This document shows positions 35,945-49,916 of a stretch of 64,000 nt of DNA, one piece after another (the first letter of the stretch is position 1; each line of letters starts with the position of its first letter). This DNA comes from Podarcis muralis. Taxonomy: Eukaryota. Location: contig NC_135665.1 of NCBI RefSeq assembly GCF_964188315.1, positions 25,358,001 through 25,422,000 of the forward strand, written 5' to 3'. The notes under the pieces are model-generated. The model saw only the letters and a program-made list of their open reading frames with translations, did no database searches and was not told the DNA's origin. The translations under genes and the position numbers were made by a program.

Positions 35945-38900
35945 AATACAAATATTGTACATTTATTGAAAGAATACAGTAAAAAAAAAGAGGTCTTGCT
36001 GACCTGTTAGTGGTAATTGGTCCAAAGAGAAAGAGGCCATTCAAAACTATTTGCAGATTTTCTAAGAACACAGAAGATCCCTTTTTTTATATAAACAAAA
36101 CAGGCTAGGAAAGTGAAATAAGGTTAACTTCAGTTCAAATAGGAATATAAAAAAGGCAAATAAATAAAAGATAAAATGTAGATCTGTTAAAATTACAAAG
36201 AACAGGTAACTAATAAGTATACATAAGCTATCATTTTGACTCTTGTTAAAAGCCAGGAAAGCTTCCCTTTCCTCCCTTTTTTTTAAAGCACCTGTACTTT
36301 TTGGGAAGATGCAACCCTTTCCAGTGTTATGTATTATCAATGTGTTTCACAAATATATTATTTTTAGACAACAAAAGAGCATAAAAGGTGCTTTACCTGA
36401 TATTAAACCTGCTGGTGCATATATTGGCACTAACTAAAAAAAAAAAAAAAAAGGAGAGAAAAAGACTCAAAGCCACACCAAAATACATATATGTAAAAAG
36501 CTGTAAACAATTGCAGCGTCTACTCAATATATCTAAAATTATTCTACTCTGGTTTGACAATGAGCCCCTATGACCTTACTCAACTTCATGGGAACAGCTA
36601 AAAAATTAGTAAACCTAGTTCTGGGCTGTCAAATCAACCATGGGGGCGGGGGTGGAATCCTCCTTGCCTAGCCATGTGACCTTGCAATTGCTTTAGCATC
36701 AAAGAGAGAAAGGACTCAGTTCTAATAAGCACAGGCATGAGTCACCAATCTTTGTGAAAGAAAGTTATGGTGGAAGAAGGTCTGCTGCAGATGGCACAGA
36801 GTTAAACCAGTAATATGTTCCTGGTATTCCCCTAAGACCAGCCGTGGGATAACATACGGGCAGGATTTGACTGTACATAAAAATCTTGATTATCCTGCTT
36901 GTCTATACAGCTGGAAGCCTGTTTCTTTCTTTCTTTTCTGCCTTGTACTTCTATGAATACTCCCCTCCTCCAAAAAAAGAATAATTTCCTGTGCTATTCC
37001 TTGATACATTTGAGATCACCTACTCTGATATGTTTCTTCTGGCTCTTACATTTCTCACTTTGAAGATGTACCTTCCTTCTGTAAACTAATCACAGCATTG
37101 GCCTCCTTTTCTTGCTTTAGAAAGTTGTTTTTCTTACACGCAGCTCCCCTTGGTTTGGATTGTTAATGGCATTGCTAGAGGGCTTCTCCGTCTTCCCTTG
37201 ATGTACTCGGCGCCCTATTTCTGCAGAACGAGGAAGTCTGTATTTTGCAATCAGAGCTAAAATAACACCAAAAGATACAAACCTGCCAGTAATTACAGGA
37301 GTTCGGCTGGTCCCCACTTCCTAGTGATAAACCTATCACATGGTTTAGCTGTCTTGCACATTTTATCCACCCTTTTTGTCAAATTGTATTTTATGCAGGT
37401 TCTGCAGAACATACATAGTTGATTGTATGATGCAAGGCCCCAAAGTTCTATTTAAAGAAACCGTTACCTTAGCTGGACAATTCCTCTGCAATAAGGGAAT
37501 CTTTTGTAAACCTAAGATTAACTGTTGAGGGCATAGAAGGGTAGCTGCACATCATATTTTCATTAAGTTATGCAGTTTTCTTCCAATATTATTTTCCGTG
37601 CCGATTCTATATTTATTTATGCATTTCCCATAAACAATCCAGAATATTTAGGTTAAGGGTCTTTAATATATGTATCCAGATTATGTATTTGGAAATACAG
37701 GCCAGGATTAAAAAGCAAACAAACCTACAAGACTAGTTCCATTCGCTTAATGGATCTTGTGCTTATCAAACTGCAGCTTCCCCTGCTGAACAAACAAACT
37801 ACTTGTCAAAATGAAAGTTTTGACAGCAAATTGCAATGCAATCTGGGGCTCTTAACTGATCAACGAAGTAGCCTGACTCAGTGTCCACAAGCCCCTTGGG
37901 CTGTGCCTCCAAGCAGATCTTCAAATCCCAAGATTTAGGAAGCTAGTGTCAAACCAAAACATTACATTTCCTGGAGACCATATATAAAAGGTTTAAAAAA
38001 ACTTTGCTGACTCCTTTGACGTAACCTTTTCTACTTTCACAACATGTGGCCTGACCTACCTCAAGTGACTATCTGCAGAAATCAATCCCAAAATTCCTAC
38101 AGGAATATATTTTGAATGAAGATGCAAGGGGCGATGGGATAGGATTCCATAGCATTCTGGACCCTGCACCAAGGTTAATGGTTTGGAGTTAATAACGATC
38201 AATCACTACTGAAGGAGGTTTCGCACATAAGATTTTAATGAAAAAGTTTAGGGCCTCTTCACACATTGGAATGGGTAGCATCCAAAGGCTCCCTTCCTTT
38301 AGAGGAAAATGCCTTCCATTGGAAGAAGGGAAACTTTGGATGCAATCCAGCGTGTGTATGATGGCAGTAGGTTTACAAACCCATGAAAGCTAAAGCTGGG
38401 ACTGGCTGTACCTTTCTTCCAAGCGCACATATACAACATATGTAGCAGGCCTATTATTGTCACCAAAAAATGGGGGAAGAAGAAATGGCTTCAGAAAGAC
38501 TGCTGCCTGAAGCAAGTACATTTTGCATGCCAGCAAGATGGTAGTTTTCTGCATATAAGGCAGCAAATATTTTTGATCCAAGATGAACATTTTGGAAAAA
38601 GCACCCTAAAAAGTGAACATGCTGTTCATGCTTATCTTATCGTATCAACTGCTGCATGATGAGTTTTAAAACTGTAAGGTCATTTAAAGCCATCTAGATC
38701 TCCTTTACTTTTGCTTTCTTTCTTGTTGATAACTTTCTTCTGAACACAAGAAAAGTTCTTTTGCTTACAAATGCTGCCTAACATGTTGCCGGCTGTAAAG
38801 GGAAGGAGAGATGTAACTTTTAGCTATGTACACTCTGACCTTCTGCACATTTTTCAGTGTTTCAAGATCTAACGTTTTAACATCTGAGGAGAGAAAAGAG

Positions 38901-41900
38901 CCACGTCTGGGCAAGAGTTCAACCAGTTTCTGCCTTAGGTTTCAAGAAAACAGGCGCTGGTGGACGTGCATGCAGATAGCTGAGCTCAGAAGAAAAGTAA
39001 CACAAGGCCACAAAGAAAACCCCAAACTTATCAGAACAAATATTTTCTAAAACTAAGAAGTGGCAAACTTTAAAAGTATGGTTTTGTGCTTCAGGGTTTA
39101 TTGGCCTTCTTGCGCTCAAAAATGATCTCTTGTCCATTTACGGTAATTATTCAGAGTGAAGTCGGATTTAGGTATCTCTCTTTGTTTATTTGACTGACAA
39201 AAGGAATATAATTATTGTGGTTAATAGAGAATCTGATTTTGTTATTCAAGGGCCAGATTGCTGTATGACAAAACCCCAAAGTCCTGTTTTCTCATTCAAG
39301 TTAAGAAAGCAATCTAGTAAGAACTAAAGCTATATGCTACATTAATAGTATGCTTAGAATAGGGTGTTTAGGGACTGGCCATAGTTCTCTAAAATAATAA
39401 TAAAAAATCATTTTAAAAACCTCCCTCGATTTGGATTGGGACCATGGCACAAGGGAAAGGAAGAATTAATCCTGCTTTAGCTCACACTATTTTCCTTTTG
39501 AAAGTACATCCTACCCCACTCAGCTTCTGTAGGGATGAGAGAAGAATGAACTCTTCTCCCAGAGTCCTAATCCAGATCAGGGTCCCCAATAAGTGCTTTT
39601 TGTAAAGAAAGAGGCATGGGAAGTCAAAACACCTTACATTGCACCTATTCAGATATTTAAAAAACACATATTGGCCATGAGGAAGAGCCATCACAAGCGA
39701 TATGAAAGAAAGCTATGTCTCTGATGAAAGCCCTTGCATACCTCCATGTTTTCATCCAGCTAAAAGGGGTGGGGTTAAAAGTTCTTCTTGGTAATTTTTT
39801 GAAAGCAAAATGAACTACAAAAAATGTTAGCCAACAGCTTAAATATATAAAAACAGCCATGATAACAGTCTGTGCTTTTTATTACTTTCTTTCTGTAACT
39901 TAGTGCCAACATAATGCCAACCAAGGTCACCAGCCAATATGGTCAGTTGATAACCCAGAAGATAAAAACAGAAACACAATAAAACAACTGAAGTGTTTTT
40001 TCTTCTTCCTTACAGCTGTTTTCTAACCAAACAAGCCAGTGGCTTATTGCATAAACAGTGCTGTTTGGCAACATTGTTCTAGTATCTGCTTCAATATTTA
40101 TAAAAGCAAAGAGTTGGCATTTGCTGCATCTATAAATAACTTCATACATCAAATGAAAGGCTTCAAATATTTGGGGACTATAGTACATTGGAAAATTACT
40201 GTAAGAGTGAGGACAGTTAAAGGTTCCCTCACACTGTGTTTTTGAAGAGAGATCTTTGTAATATTGCACATTTCAGTAAATGTAAGAAGCCTTTGATTCT
40301 CCTAATAGCAATTTATTTGTTTGTTCAAGATTCTAGTTCCATTCAGAATTTGCACTATAAACTCCTTTTTAAAAATCATATTTATTAAAAATGAAAAGTG
40401 ACTGTGGCAAAGAGGCTCAAATTGCCAAGTTCCAAATTGCACTTTGTGCTGTATCTTTTTAAAGGTTTATTTGTGAAATGCTAACGTGGAAGCAAACTTG
40501 CTTCCTAGATAAACACAATTACAGCACTTACAAAGGCCATTAATGTACACTGCTACGGAACGATATAAATGACAATATTTATTTCATATTGCATATTCCC
40601 AAGAGAGAGGGTTGGGGTGTGTGTGTGTGATTCTAATCTTGTTCTAAGAGACTAGTTATTTAAATCCTGTAACAAACAACAATTTTATAATAATGCAAAG
40701 TTTTTACTTCATTAAGAAAGCAGCTTCAAATGCAGTTTCCCCAGCTTTAATAAACTTCACTGAGCAGGGGTGCATTAGACAGCCTCGTTCTTTTGACCAA
40801 ATCCTTGCAACTAATAGTTTATGTCTGCATGCATCTGGAATGAATTTAACTTCCTAACATACATAATTCCAACAGGCATTGGCAGGTGTCTTTTTCTAAG
40901 AGAGTGATTCACAAGATGGTGTGAAGAAAACTGCCAGTACACTACACTTACTTTTTTTTATCAGTCAACCAACAATATCCCATTAGTTAGTGATCTTCAG
41001 TTGACCCCTGATTTTAGGACAGCCAGAACAAATTCTAAATGCTACTGGTATCCCATGTTTGGAAAATGGTTTTCAATTTGAGCAGCAGTCTGACATGAAT
41101 TGCAAATCTGCTTACATAAATGAAATATAAATAGTGTTTATCCTTTACATCTGTACAAGAACAGGACAGAAAGTCCTGCTAATTGAATTAAGACAAAGAG
41201 CTGTCCTTTTCATTGCTGAAAGACAAGAGTACATTCAGAAGACTTTAAAGAAATGGTATAGTCTCTCGTATATAAAAATATTAACACTTAAGACAAAAAT
41301 TAAGAACACAGTGAATAAAAGAAGGTACATTCTTGCCCTTACGTGAATGCATAGATGAAGACCTAAAGCTAGGTGATTGGTGGTGTTTTCTCCCTTGTGG
41401 TGATAGCATTCAGACCTTGTGCATTTTAGATAACAATGCCAATGAATTAAGGCACACTGTTGTGGATCCCTTTAGGGTCACCATAATGAACTAATACAGT
41501 ATTTCCTATTTGTGTTGAACAAAGATCAGCACATGCCCACTGCTAAATAAAGAAACTGCCAGGCTAACCTATGCAACACTGTATTTTCTTCCCACCCCCT
41601 CTCCTTCTCCATTAGATTCTGAACTCATTGACCTGTCCTGGTGTAGTAAGGTGTAATAAGGCAAGAATCACCTGGAAACCCCTGTGCTAGACTGCTAACA
41701 AGTCCATCTACAATGGACTCCACTGTTTAATCCAACAATTAAAGTTATCATCATGTTAATGACATCAACTTTTCTAGACTACAAGTATACTTTACCTTGC
41801 CCAACATCACCACTCTGTACTATCACAAAAACACACACACAGAAGAGCAAATGTGTTCTGGCCAGCAGGGTCAGCCAAACAGGTAACATGTAAAGCAGTC

Positions 41901-43416
41901 AAAGACTTCACCTACATCTTGGTCCTACTGTACAAAAGAATACCGTTTTGAGGCTCAAAACGCTTTTTAATTTCCTCATCTCCATTCCCCTGGGCTGGAA
42001 ACGATCAATGTGCCGACACACTGTGGCCATCATTTTGCTGCCTCTTCAGCACAAGTTGAAACTCCTGCAACAAGACTCATCAAGTGAAGATCCAAGAGGT
42101 CAGGATCATACCATCAACTTACACAATAGCCCGGAAAGGGTCTAATTGTAGGAGACCTTGGAAATAATATGTTGATGCTCATTTGTCATTTTGGAGTTTG
42201 CAATTTGTCAACTGAATAAACCCAGCAGAATCAGAGCATAATTAGGGAACTTAACTTAATGTTTCGACTTTGTAGTTTGTTCAGTGTGCCAGATACTATA
42301 TACAGAAGGTAACATTTCCTTGTTAGTTTCCCCGCCATTAGGATCCCACCCCCTGCTCTCTGCTACTGAAAAATACATTCCCCCTTTGGAAAGTGTACAT
42401 GAAATACATTTCTTCCTTTTTTCTTTGCTTCAGCTGCATATTGAACAGGAACATCAATTCACAAATCTTCCAAAGATCAATTGAGTAAGTCACTTCCCCT
42501 TCCCCATCCAAATTCAGTGTTACTGGTTACCTTCATGATATGCCACTCTCCTTCTCAAACATGTTTCTTGCAGACAGCACTTCTGAATGCACACATTCAA
42601 GAACAAATATGCACTGCTGCAGCTCATCCTTCTGAAAAACAGATCATCTACAGTGTTTTCCTGATAGATGCATCATACATAAGGCTCACAACTGGATTTA
42701 TTCTGTGCTCCACCCCCCACCCCCCATAACAGCCAGACCATATAGATTTGCGCTTTGTGAATTGTGCCTACTTTTTCTTGGTTTAAAAAATTGGAGGGGT
42801 ATAGGGAATATTTACTGTCATGAAATATCTGCTAGAAATATATGCATGCAGTTCCATTCTGTAATCAAACTGTTCAAACAAGATCTTTTAGAGTAAGAAT
42901 ACACATAAATCCAAGGCTGTGTTAGCTGGTATTTTTGTTTGTTTTCAGAGCATTATATTGTATATTCTTTTAAACGGAGGTAACAAAAATGTGCCTGCCT
43001 TTGTGCATAAACCACCTGGCATGCACTGTGTGGACTTGGAATCAAAGCAGAGGTAAAGCCCAGAAAAAAAAGATTAGGGAGTTATCTCGCTAATAGAAAG
43101 CAGCCAGAGTTCTTTTAAAAAAACACAAAACCTATACACATACTATATGTTGTCTATTTACATATAACCTAAATGACAGCATCACTGTGATCAGATATAA
43201 AGCATTTGGCAGAGCTCTCTCTCTTTAACATAGATATCTTTGACATTTTCAGCCTGGCACACTTGAATACAAACCGTTTTTTTTTTTTTTGTTTTTAAAA
43301 AAGAATTCTAGAAGAATATTGAAAGAAATGTATAAAAGTGTAGTGTTCATGACATAAAATATTACTTTTCTGGGAAAAGAGAAAAGAGTCCTCTAGTTTT
43401 GAGTCCTGTTAACTTC
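35945..43416 (-). other. FER: Putative long FER 3'UTR (extent uncertain)
   Basis: Follows the FER stop. AT-rich with no recognisable TE from ~35780 to ~43880. Minus-strand AATAAA at 35962-35967 has an upstream U-run/UGUA and a downstream GU/U-rich tract. A more proximal AATAAA lies at 42697-42702. Inference only. Confidence 0.4.
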
Positions 43417-43562
43417 TCATGAGGCCACTTTCTTTTTCAATGCAGAGAGCTCTTTGTGAATTTCGCTGAATTTCGGTCTCATTTCAGGATTGTAATCCCA
43501 ACACCGTTGCATTATTTTATAGATTTCCTCTGGGCACTTCTGAGGTGCTGACATTCGATAGC
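43417..43562 (-). CDS. FER: FER last coding exon: (G)[47 protein letters not shown]
   Basis: Within ORF 43417..43629. Acceptor tctttcttaatacggtag|GC, TGA stop at 43419-43417. Resembles the FER C-terminus ([12 protein letters not shown]...CWDYxPExRPKFSE). Confidence 0.97.
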
Positions 43563-44372
43563 CTACCGTATTAAGAAAGACATGGAAAGAAGATGACCAT
43601 TGAGAAGCAAAAGGGGGGAAAAACCACAATTAAAAATTCAGTGACAAACCAAACTTCCTCAGACTTGATTCACGAAGAATATTTGTGTGCTGGATTTGAA
43701 TACATTTAAAGAATTTTCACACCACACCAGTCTGCAAGACTGGAATATGAATGGCACAAAAACCTGATTGAGAAAAATGTTTCATTGTCTGGGCATGTAG
43801 ATCATTTTGTTGCACCAAATATTGGCTCCATGTTCTTAAATCCATCTGGCAAGACCCACAAAATGGAGGATTAATACAATCAATAGATGGTTTTGTGGCA
43901 CCTTAAAGACTAAGGGTTGTATTTAACGTAGTGGTTAGTAGTGCTTTGTGCAAGCAAAGTGACTTTCACTTCTGCAGCAGGATTCCCCTTGCCCCCTGTT
44001 CATCCCTCAATCTGTTCTAGGTTTCTCTCCAACTTTCTGAAGCAGATTTGGAGATGGTGAAAGTCCTGTTTTGCAAGCGGAAGTCATTCTTCTCACACAT
44101 TTATTTAGTTGACTACTGCCCTAACGGTGTGCACTGTCATTTCTGAAAACTGGCTCATAAAATACGTATCGCCAGGGGTGATGTGGACCCCTCCGATTTG
44201 GGGGCAGTTTGCAATTTATATAACAAGACAATCTTATAGTTGGCACATTCCCATTAATTATGAGTTTATTTGGCAACATTCATGATTATTTGATATGTTT
44301 TGTACAAATATGAACCTTGCATTCCACTATGAAATATATTTTATGCCACTCATTCTTTTTTAAGCTTTCTGT

Positions 44373-44882
44373 TACAGTGGTACCTTGGTTCTCAAACTTA
44401 ATCCGTTCCGGAAGTCTGTTCCAAAACCAAAGCGTTTCAAAACCAAGGCACACTTTCCCACAGAAAGTAATGCAAAATGGATTAATCTGTTCCAGACTTT
44501 TCAAAACAACCCCTAAAACAGCAATTTAGCATGAATTTTACTATCTAACACAACCATTGATCCATAAAATGAAAGCAATAAACAGTATACTGCAGTCACA
44601 CAATCAATCAATCAATCAGTAGTTGAACTAGGTTCCACACAGTCACAAAAACAAAACAAAAAGAGCTGCAAAAACAAAAATGCAAAATAAATAGCAAAAA
44701 CAGACAGACCTCAACTCAACACTCAAAATGGAAATGTGGCACTCAAAACAGAAGTGTAACACTCAAAACAGAGCATTTTCGGTTTCCAAAAAAAGTTCAA
44801 AACACTTAACTTCCGGGTTTGCAGTGTTTGGGTTCCAAGTTGTTTGAGTACCAAGGCGTTTGAGAACCAAGGTATCACTGTA
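44373..44882. mobile_element. Tigger-like non-autonomous DNA transposon
   Basis: TIR cagtggtaccttggttctcaaac / gtttgagaaccaaggtatcactg, TA TSD. Confidence 0.85.
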
Positions 44883-44980
44883 TTAATATGATTCTTATTT
44901 TATTATCTTGTAAGTTTATTCTTCTCATGGCTACCATTATTATTAGCTTGATGTCTTGTTTGTTTTTGTTTACTGTAAAA

Positions 44981-45243
44981 TACTGTATTTTTTGCTCTAT
45001 AAGACTCACTTTTTCCCTCCTAAAAAGTAAGGGGAAATGTGTGTGCGTCTTATGGAGCGAATGCAGGCTGCGCAGCTATCACAGAAGTCAGAACAGCAAG
45101 AGGGATTGCTGCTTTCACTGCGCAGCGATCCCTCTTGCTGTTCTGGCTTCAGAGATTCAGAATATTTTTTTTCTTGTTTTCCTCCTCCAAAAACTAGGTG
45201 CATCTTGTGATCTGGTGCGTCTTATGGAGCGAAAAATACGGTA
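44981..45243. mobile_element. Tc2/pogo-like MITE
   Basis: tactgtattttttgctctataagac...gagcgaaaaatacggta. Confidence 0.85.
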
Positions 45244-45264
45244 AGTTTTCTTTAGAAATTCCAC

Positions 45265-45730
45265 CCTAACAAATTTATTATGGCATAAGCTTTTGTGGAC
45301 TACAGTACACTTCATCAGTGGTATGAAATATTATCCTCAGTTACAGGTATGCATACACAGGACTTTTTTTGGCGGGGAGGTGGTTAGCATTAGGCTGTAA
45401 ATAGTAGAGGGTAGCGGGAAATGAAATGCAGAAAAGTACAATGATAATTACACAATTAACTGTGGACATTTTTTACTTTTTATTTAGTGGTTTCATGTTA
45501 AGCCTCCCTTTGAAGTTCCTTTGAACTGGTATGGCCACTTCAAGGTCATCTACAGAGTGTTCTGGGAGGCTAAAATGACCACCCCCTTGGTTGTTGTGTT
45601 TTAATATTGCCATTTCGGATGTCCATTTCATCTTTTGTGTATTGACTGCTCTGCTTATTAGTCTTTAAGGTGCCACAAAATTGTTTTCTGCTTTTCCTGT
45701 AACAGACTAACCTGGCTACCCCTCTGGATT
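45265..45730. mobile_element. Old PLE-derived remnant with a decayed hammerhead (45281-45318, minus) and a terminal motif (45660-45728)
   Basis: Minus strand reads CTGATGA A GTGTAC TGTA GTCCAC AAAA GCTT ATGCC. gtctttaaggtgccac...cagactaacctggctacc resembles the tail at 50013-50080. Confidence 0.55.
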
Positions 45731-45820
45731 AAAATTAATGTTTACCTAAGCGTTAATTGGAATTTTGGGTTCTTTTGCTGCTTCCTGATACAGGTTTTAG
45801 CTTCTGATATCATTATCTTT

Positions 45821-46186
45821 GGGGACGCAGGTGGCGCTGTGGGTAAAAGCCTCAGCGCCTAGGGCTTGCCGATCGAAAGGTCGGCAGTTCGAATCCCCGC
45901 GGCGGGGTGCGCTCCCGCTGCTCGGTCCCAGTGCCTGCCAACCTAGCAGTTCGAAAGCACCCCCGGGTGCAAGTAGATAAATAGGGACCGCTTACTGGCG
46001 GGAAGGTAAACAGCGTTTCCGTGTGCTGTGCTGGCTTGCCAGATGCAGCTTGTCATGCTGGCCACGTGACCCGGAAGTGTCTGCGGACAGCGCTGGCCCC
46101 CGGCCTCTTGAGTGAGATGGGCGCACAACCCTAGAGTCTGTCAAGACTGGCCCGTACGGGCAGGGCTACCTTTACCTTTACCTTTA
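45821..46186 (+). mobile_element. Sauria/POM-type SINE, full length, young subfamily
   Basis: tRNA-like head (A box tggcgctgtgg, B box gttcgaatcc), (ACCTTT)n tail, 13-bp TSD TATCATTATCTTT at 45808-45820 and 46185-46197. Confidence 0.92.
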
Positions 46187-46589
46187 TCATTATCTTTACA
46201 TTGTGACTGCCTGCCTTTCCTTTGGGGATTTATTCTGAAGTTTTACTGATTTCATCTGAACAACTCTCAGGAAAGTATGCACAGGACTGCAGCCTTAATC
46301 AGACCTTCACCTTTCCTGATGTTTCCTTATGCTTCCTGCTCTTTCTTTCTTCTAGCTTCAAGCATTTCTAATCAGGTTTCTCTCTCCTACCCAATCTCAT
46401 TCTGAATTTGACTCTTCTTGCACACAGCAAATTGTTTTCTTTCCTCAATCAGCTTACAGCACCTTTCCCCTGCTGCTCAAACATGAAAAATCTTCCTAGG
46501 AGGCAGAGTCACTGGTCACTCTAAACTAACTATGACTGGCAAGGCTGGAAGGAACAGGCTGCATGTTTTATTATCTCAAAGATAGTAAA

Positions 46590-46944
46590 AAAAAGGTAAA
46601 GGTACCCCTGCCCGTACGGGCCAGTCTTGACAGACTCTAGGGTTGTGCGCCCATCTCACTTAAGAGGCCGGGGGCCAGCGCTGTCCGGAGACACTTTCCG
46701 TGTCACGTGGCCAGCGTGACAAAGCTGCATGTGGCGAGCCAGCGCAGCACACGGAAACGCCGTTTACCTTCCCGCAGTCCCTATTTATCTACTTGCACCC
46801 GGGGGTGCTTTCGAACTGCTAGGTTGGCAGGCGCTGGGACCAAACAACGGGAGCGCACCCTGCCGCGGGGATTCGAACCGCCGACCTTTCGATCGGCAAG
46901 CCCTAGGCGCTGAGGCTTTTACCCACAGCGCTACCCACGTCCCC
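46590..46944 (-). mobile_element. Sauria/POM-type SINE, full length, same subfamily as 45821
   Basis: Reverse complement of the same consensus. 15-bp TSD CTCAAA(G/T)ATAGTAAA at 46575-46589 and 46945-46959. Confidence 0.92.
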
Positions 46945-48048
46945 CTCAAATATAGTAAACTGCTTCAAAAATCTATGGGCATATTGTTGATTTTTGCAAT
47001 GAGGATCTTAAGGAAAGGATTAGTAATGTGTTGGTGAGTTCCACCACAAAAGGACAGTTCTTTTAATGAGGCCCAAGAAGTAGCAGCTTGATGGAGGTAA
47101 GGAAGGTGGAACTAGAATTCCCAATGCCTGAGGAACAAGACTCATGCTGATATGTGTCCCTCTGCCAAACTGAGCTAGATCCATTTATCCCTTTCATATC
47201 AGGTCATATAGACATTTAACGAAGAAAATGCTAAAGGAGATTTAAATCAGTTATAACTAACTTTATTACACAGAGCATTCTGTTCAGGTAGTTTGTGTGC
47301 CTTGGGCCAAATTCATACATGCTATTACCATCACGGAAGCCACTTCTATCATGATGAAATCCTAGGTCACAGGAGAATGCAACTGAATTCTGGACCCAAA
47401 TGAACAGAGCCAACTAAATAGGTCCTTCCCACCCTTTCAGGTGAACAATTCGCATTCCGCTAAATGTATGTGTGAATAAGATGTTAAGTTAAGCCACATA
47501 TCATTCTACGCTATTCCCACTTTGTATTTTCATTACTTCTCATTTTTCTGACCTGACCTACACAATATTTGAATGACATTGGTCCAGCTGGAGGCTGCAC
47601 TTGATCAACATCACTAAGGGTCCTTTGCCTTAGATTTTATTTAAAGGTATTAGGGAAAAGGACCACAGTCTTGTGGCAACTGAAAATCCAATAAATTTAT
47701 TGCAACATAGCTTTCTTGAGCCAGAGGCCAGCTCCTCATACGCTTCCCATATTGAAACCAGCTCCTGGATAGTTCTTATGGCATAAAGTTTTTAATTATC
47801 AGACTTTTAATTATTAGTCACTGGCCACCCATTTCTACAAAACAGAAATCAAAGACCAAAATAATCAGCTAACACAAAACCTTCTGTAATGTTTCAATAA
47901 TGTTATTTCTCATGATGATCTATCCCTATTTGGAAACTTCGTAGTTAGATTGGAATTTCTTCACATCAGAGACCTTTGCCCTGAGTCTGATACATCCAAG
48001 GCGCACAAAGCATTACAAAGAATTCTTAGTCTTCGATGGAATTAATCA

Positions 48049-48279
<231 letters not shown>

Positions 48280-48493
48280 TTACGTTTGAAGCTGTGGTAA
48301 GTTTACAGTGGTCCACAGTTGTGCCAAAATAAAAGACAAGGAAACAGATGACACTAGGGAGCCTGGTTAGTTCCTTTGCATCTATTTTGCAATCTCATGA
48401 CTGGGCACATCCTTGCAAATTATGCTATGTGTATGTGTTCTCTACTTGGGGAATCAGATCCTAAATACAAGACATTAAAACATCCCTTTGTTG

Positions 48494-48623
48494 CCGGGCA
48501 TAGGCAAACTCCAGAGGTTTTTGGACTACAATTCCCATCATCCCTAGCTAACAGGACCAGTGGTCAGGGATGATGGGAATTGTAGTCCCAAAACATCTGG
48601 AGGGCCGGGTTTGCCTATGCCTG
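48494..48623. mobile_element. Palindromic hAT MITE
   Basis: ggcataggcaaac / gtttgcctatgcc plus internal IR ggactacaattcccatcatccct / agggatgatgggaattgtagtcc; TSD CTTTGTTG. Confidence 0.85.
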
Positions 48624-49507
48624 CTTTGTTGCTTTTCGTTGATGTGTACATTTTTTTTTAAAGAAACCTCTCCTGAAACCAGCGATTGTACTTTATCAAA
48701 GTAGGGATGGAATACTGCCCTGCAACATTCTCATGATGAATAAGTGTATTGGTGTATCTGGGACATGGTCTTTCCTTGAGCGTCAGACATCCCAGTTTCA
48801 GAAATAACATGAAAGCTAGCAGGTGCACATGGCCCTGGCATGTTCCTTTCATGGAGAAAAAACCTTGGGCTTGTCAACCCCTTACACAGAATATTTAGCG
48901 TGACACAAGTTCTCCGTATACAACTGTGAATGCACAGAACCTACTTGTGACAGTGGGTACCTAGTGCTGCTATCAAGGACCTTTTCTGGGGTCAGTTTCG
49001 CCTTATGCAATAAGTTGATGAGCACAAGATGCTGCCAGCAATGCATTTGACCATGTGCCCCCTGTCCCTCTTGGCTTATCAAATCTAGCAAAAGGGGGGG
49101 TTCACTGTCTGGGTCCAGAGTGTGGTTAACACTTTGCTGCAAGAGGGGATGGGTGGTCCCTGCTGCACTGAAAGAGGCAGTGGTACAACTAGCTCCTAAA
49201 CAAACTGGCTCTGGACCCACCCGGATTACAACAGCTATCAGCCTATCGCCAATACCCACTTTTTGGGGAAGGCGGTGTCCACAAAATTTAGAAGCTAGAG
49301 GACTTAATGTATTGCCATTAATAGCAACTGATCATGCATACACAAGACTATGAAGCACAGCATATTTTTTTCTCTTATTCCATTTTTAAAAAAAGTTATG
49401 TAAAATATATTTCCAGAACTGGTTTTGTTGGCATTTTGAATAATCTCCGGAGAGGTATATATCCTCAGCACTGCAGAGCAAAGCAGCCAATGTGGTACAC
49501 ACCAGAT

Positions 49508-49539
49508 ATTAATTAATTAATTAATTAATTAATTAATTA
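49508..49539. repeat. (TTAA)n self-complementary microsatellite
   Basis: Direct reading. Confidence 0.9.
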
Positions 49540-49916
49540 ACTCCTTAATGCCAATATAGGCTTCCAAGGAATTTACAAGTTTAAAAACTAATTACACAGG
49601 CATTAAAATATAAGCACCCATAATTAAAACACACAGTTAAAGTACACACTAAAACAATCCCATTAAAACATTAAAGTTTAAACCGTAAGTAAAATATGCA
49701 GCAAAATGATTCCATTAAAACAACACGATAATTAAGAAGGGGGATCTAGGTTCAGAGATCAGTGAACTGCCAGTTTAAACAGATGTATCGTCAAAAGCCA
49801 GCACAATGCCAATAAGGATAGGTCTTCTTGTATTTCAGCAAGGGGTAGTGAAAAGGCAAACATCATTCCTCAAGCTTTAAATTATAGGCTACGCCAAGAC
49901 TAACCAGGTTTCATTT

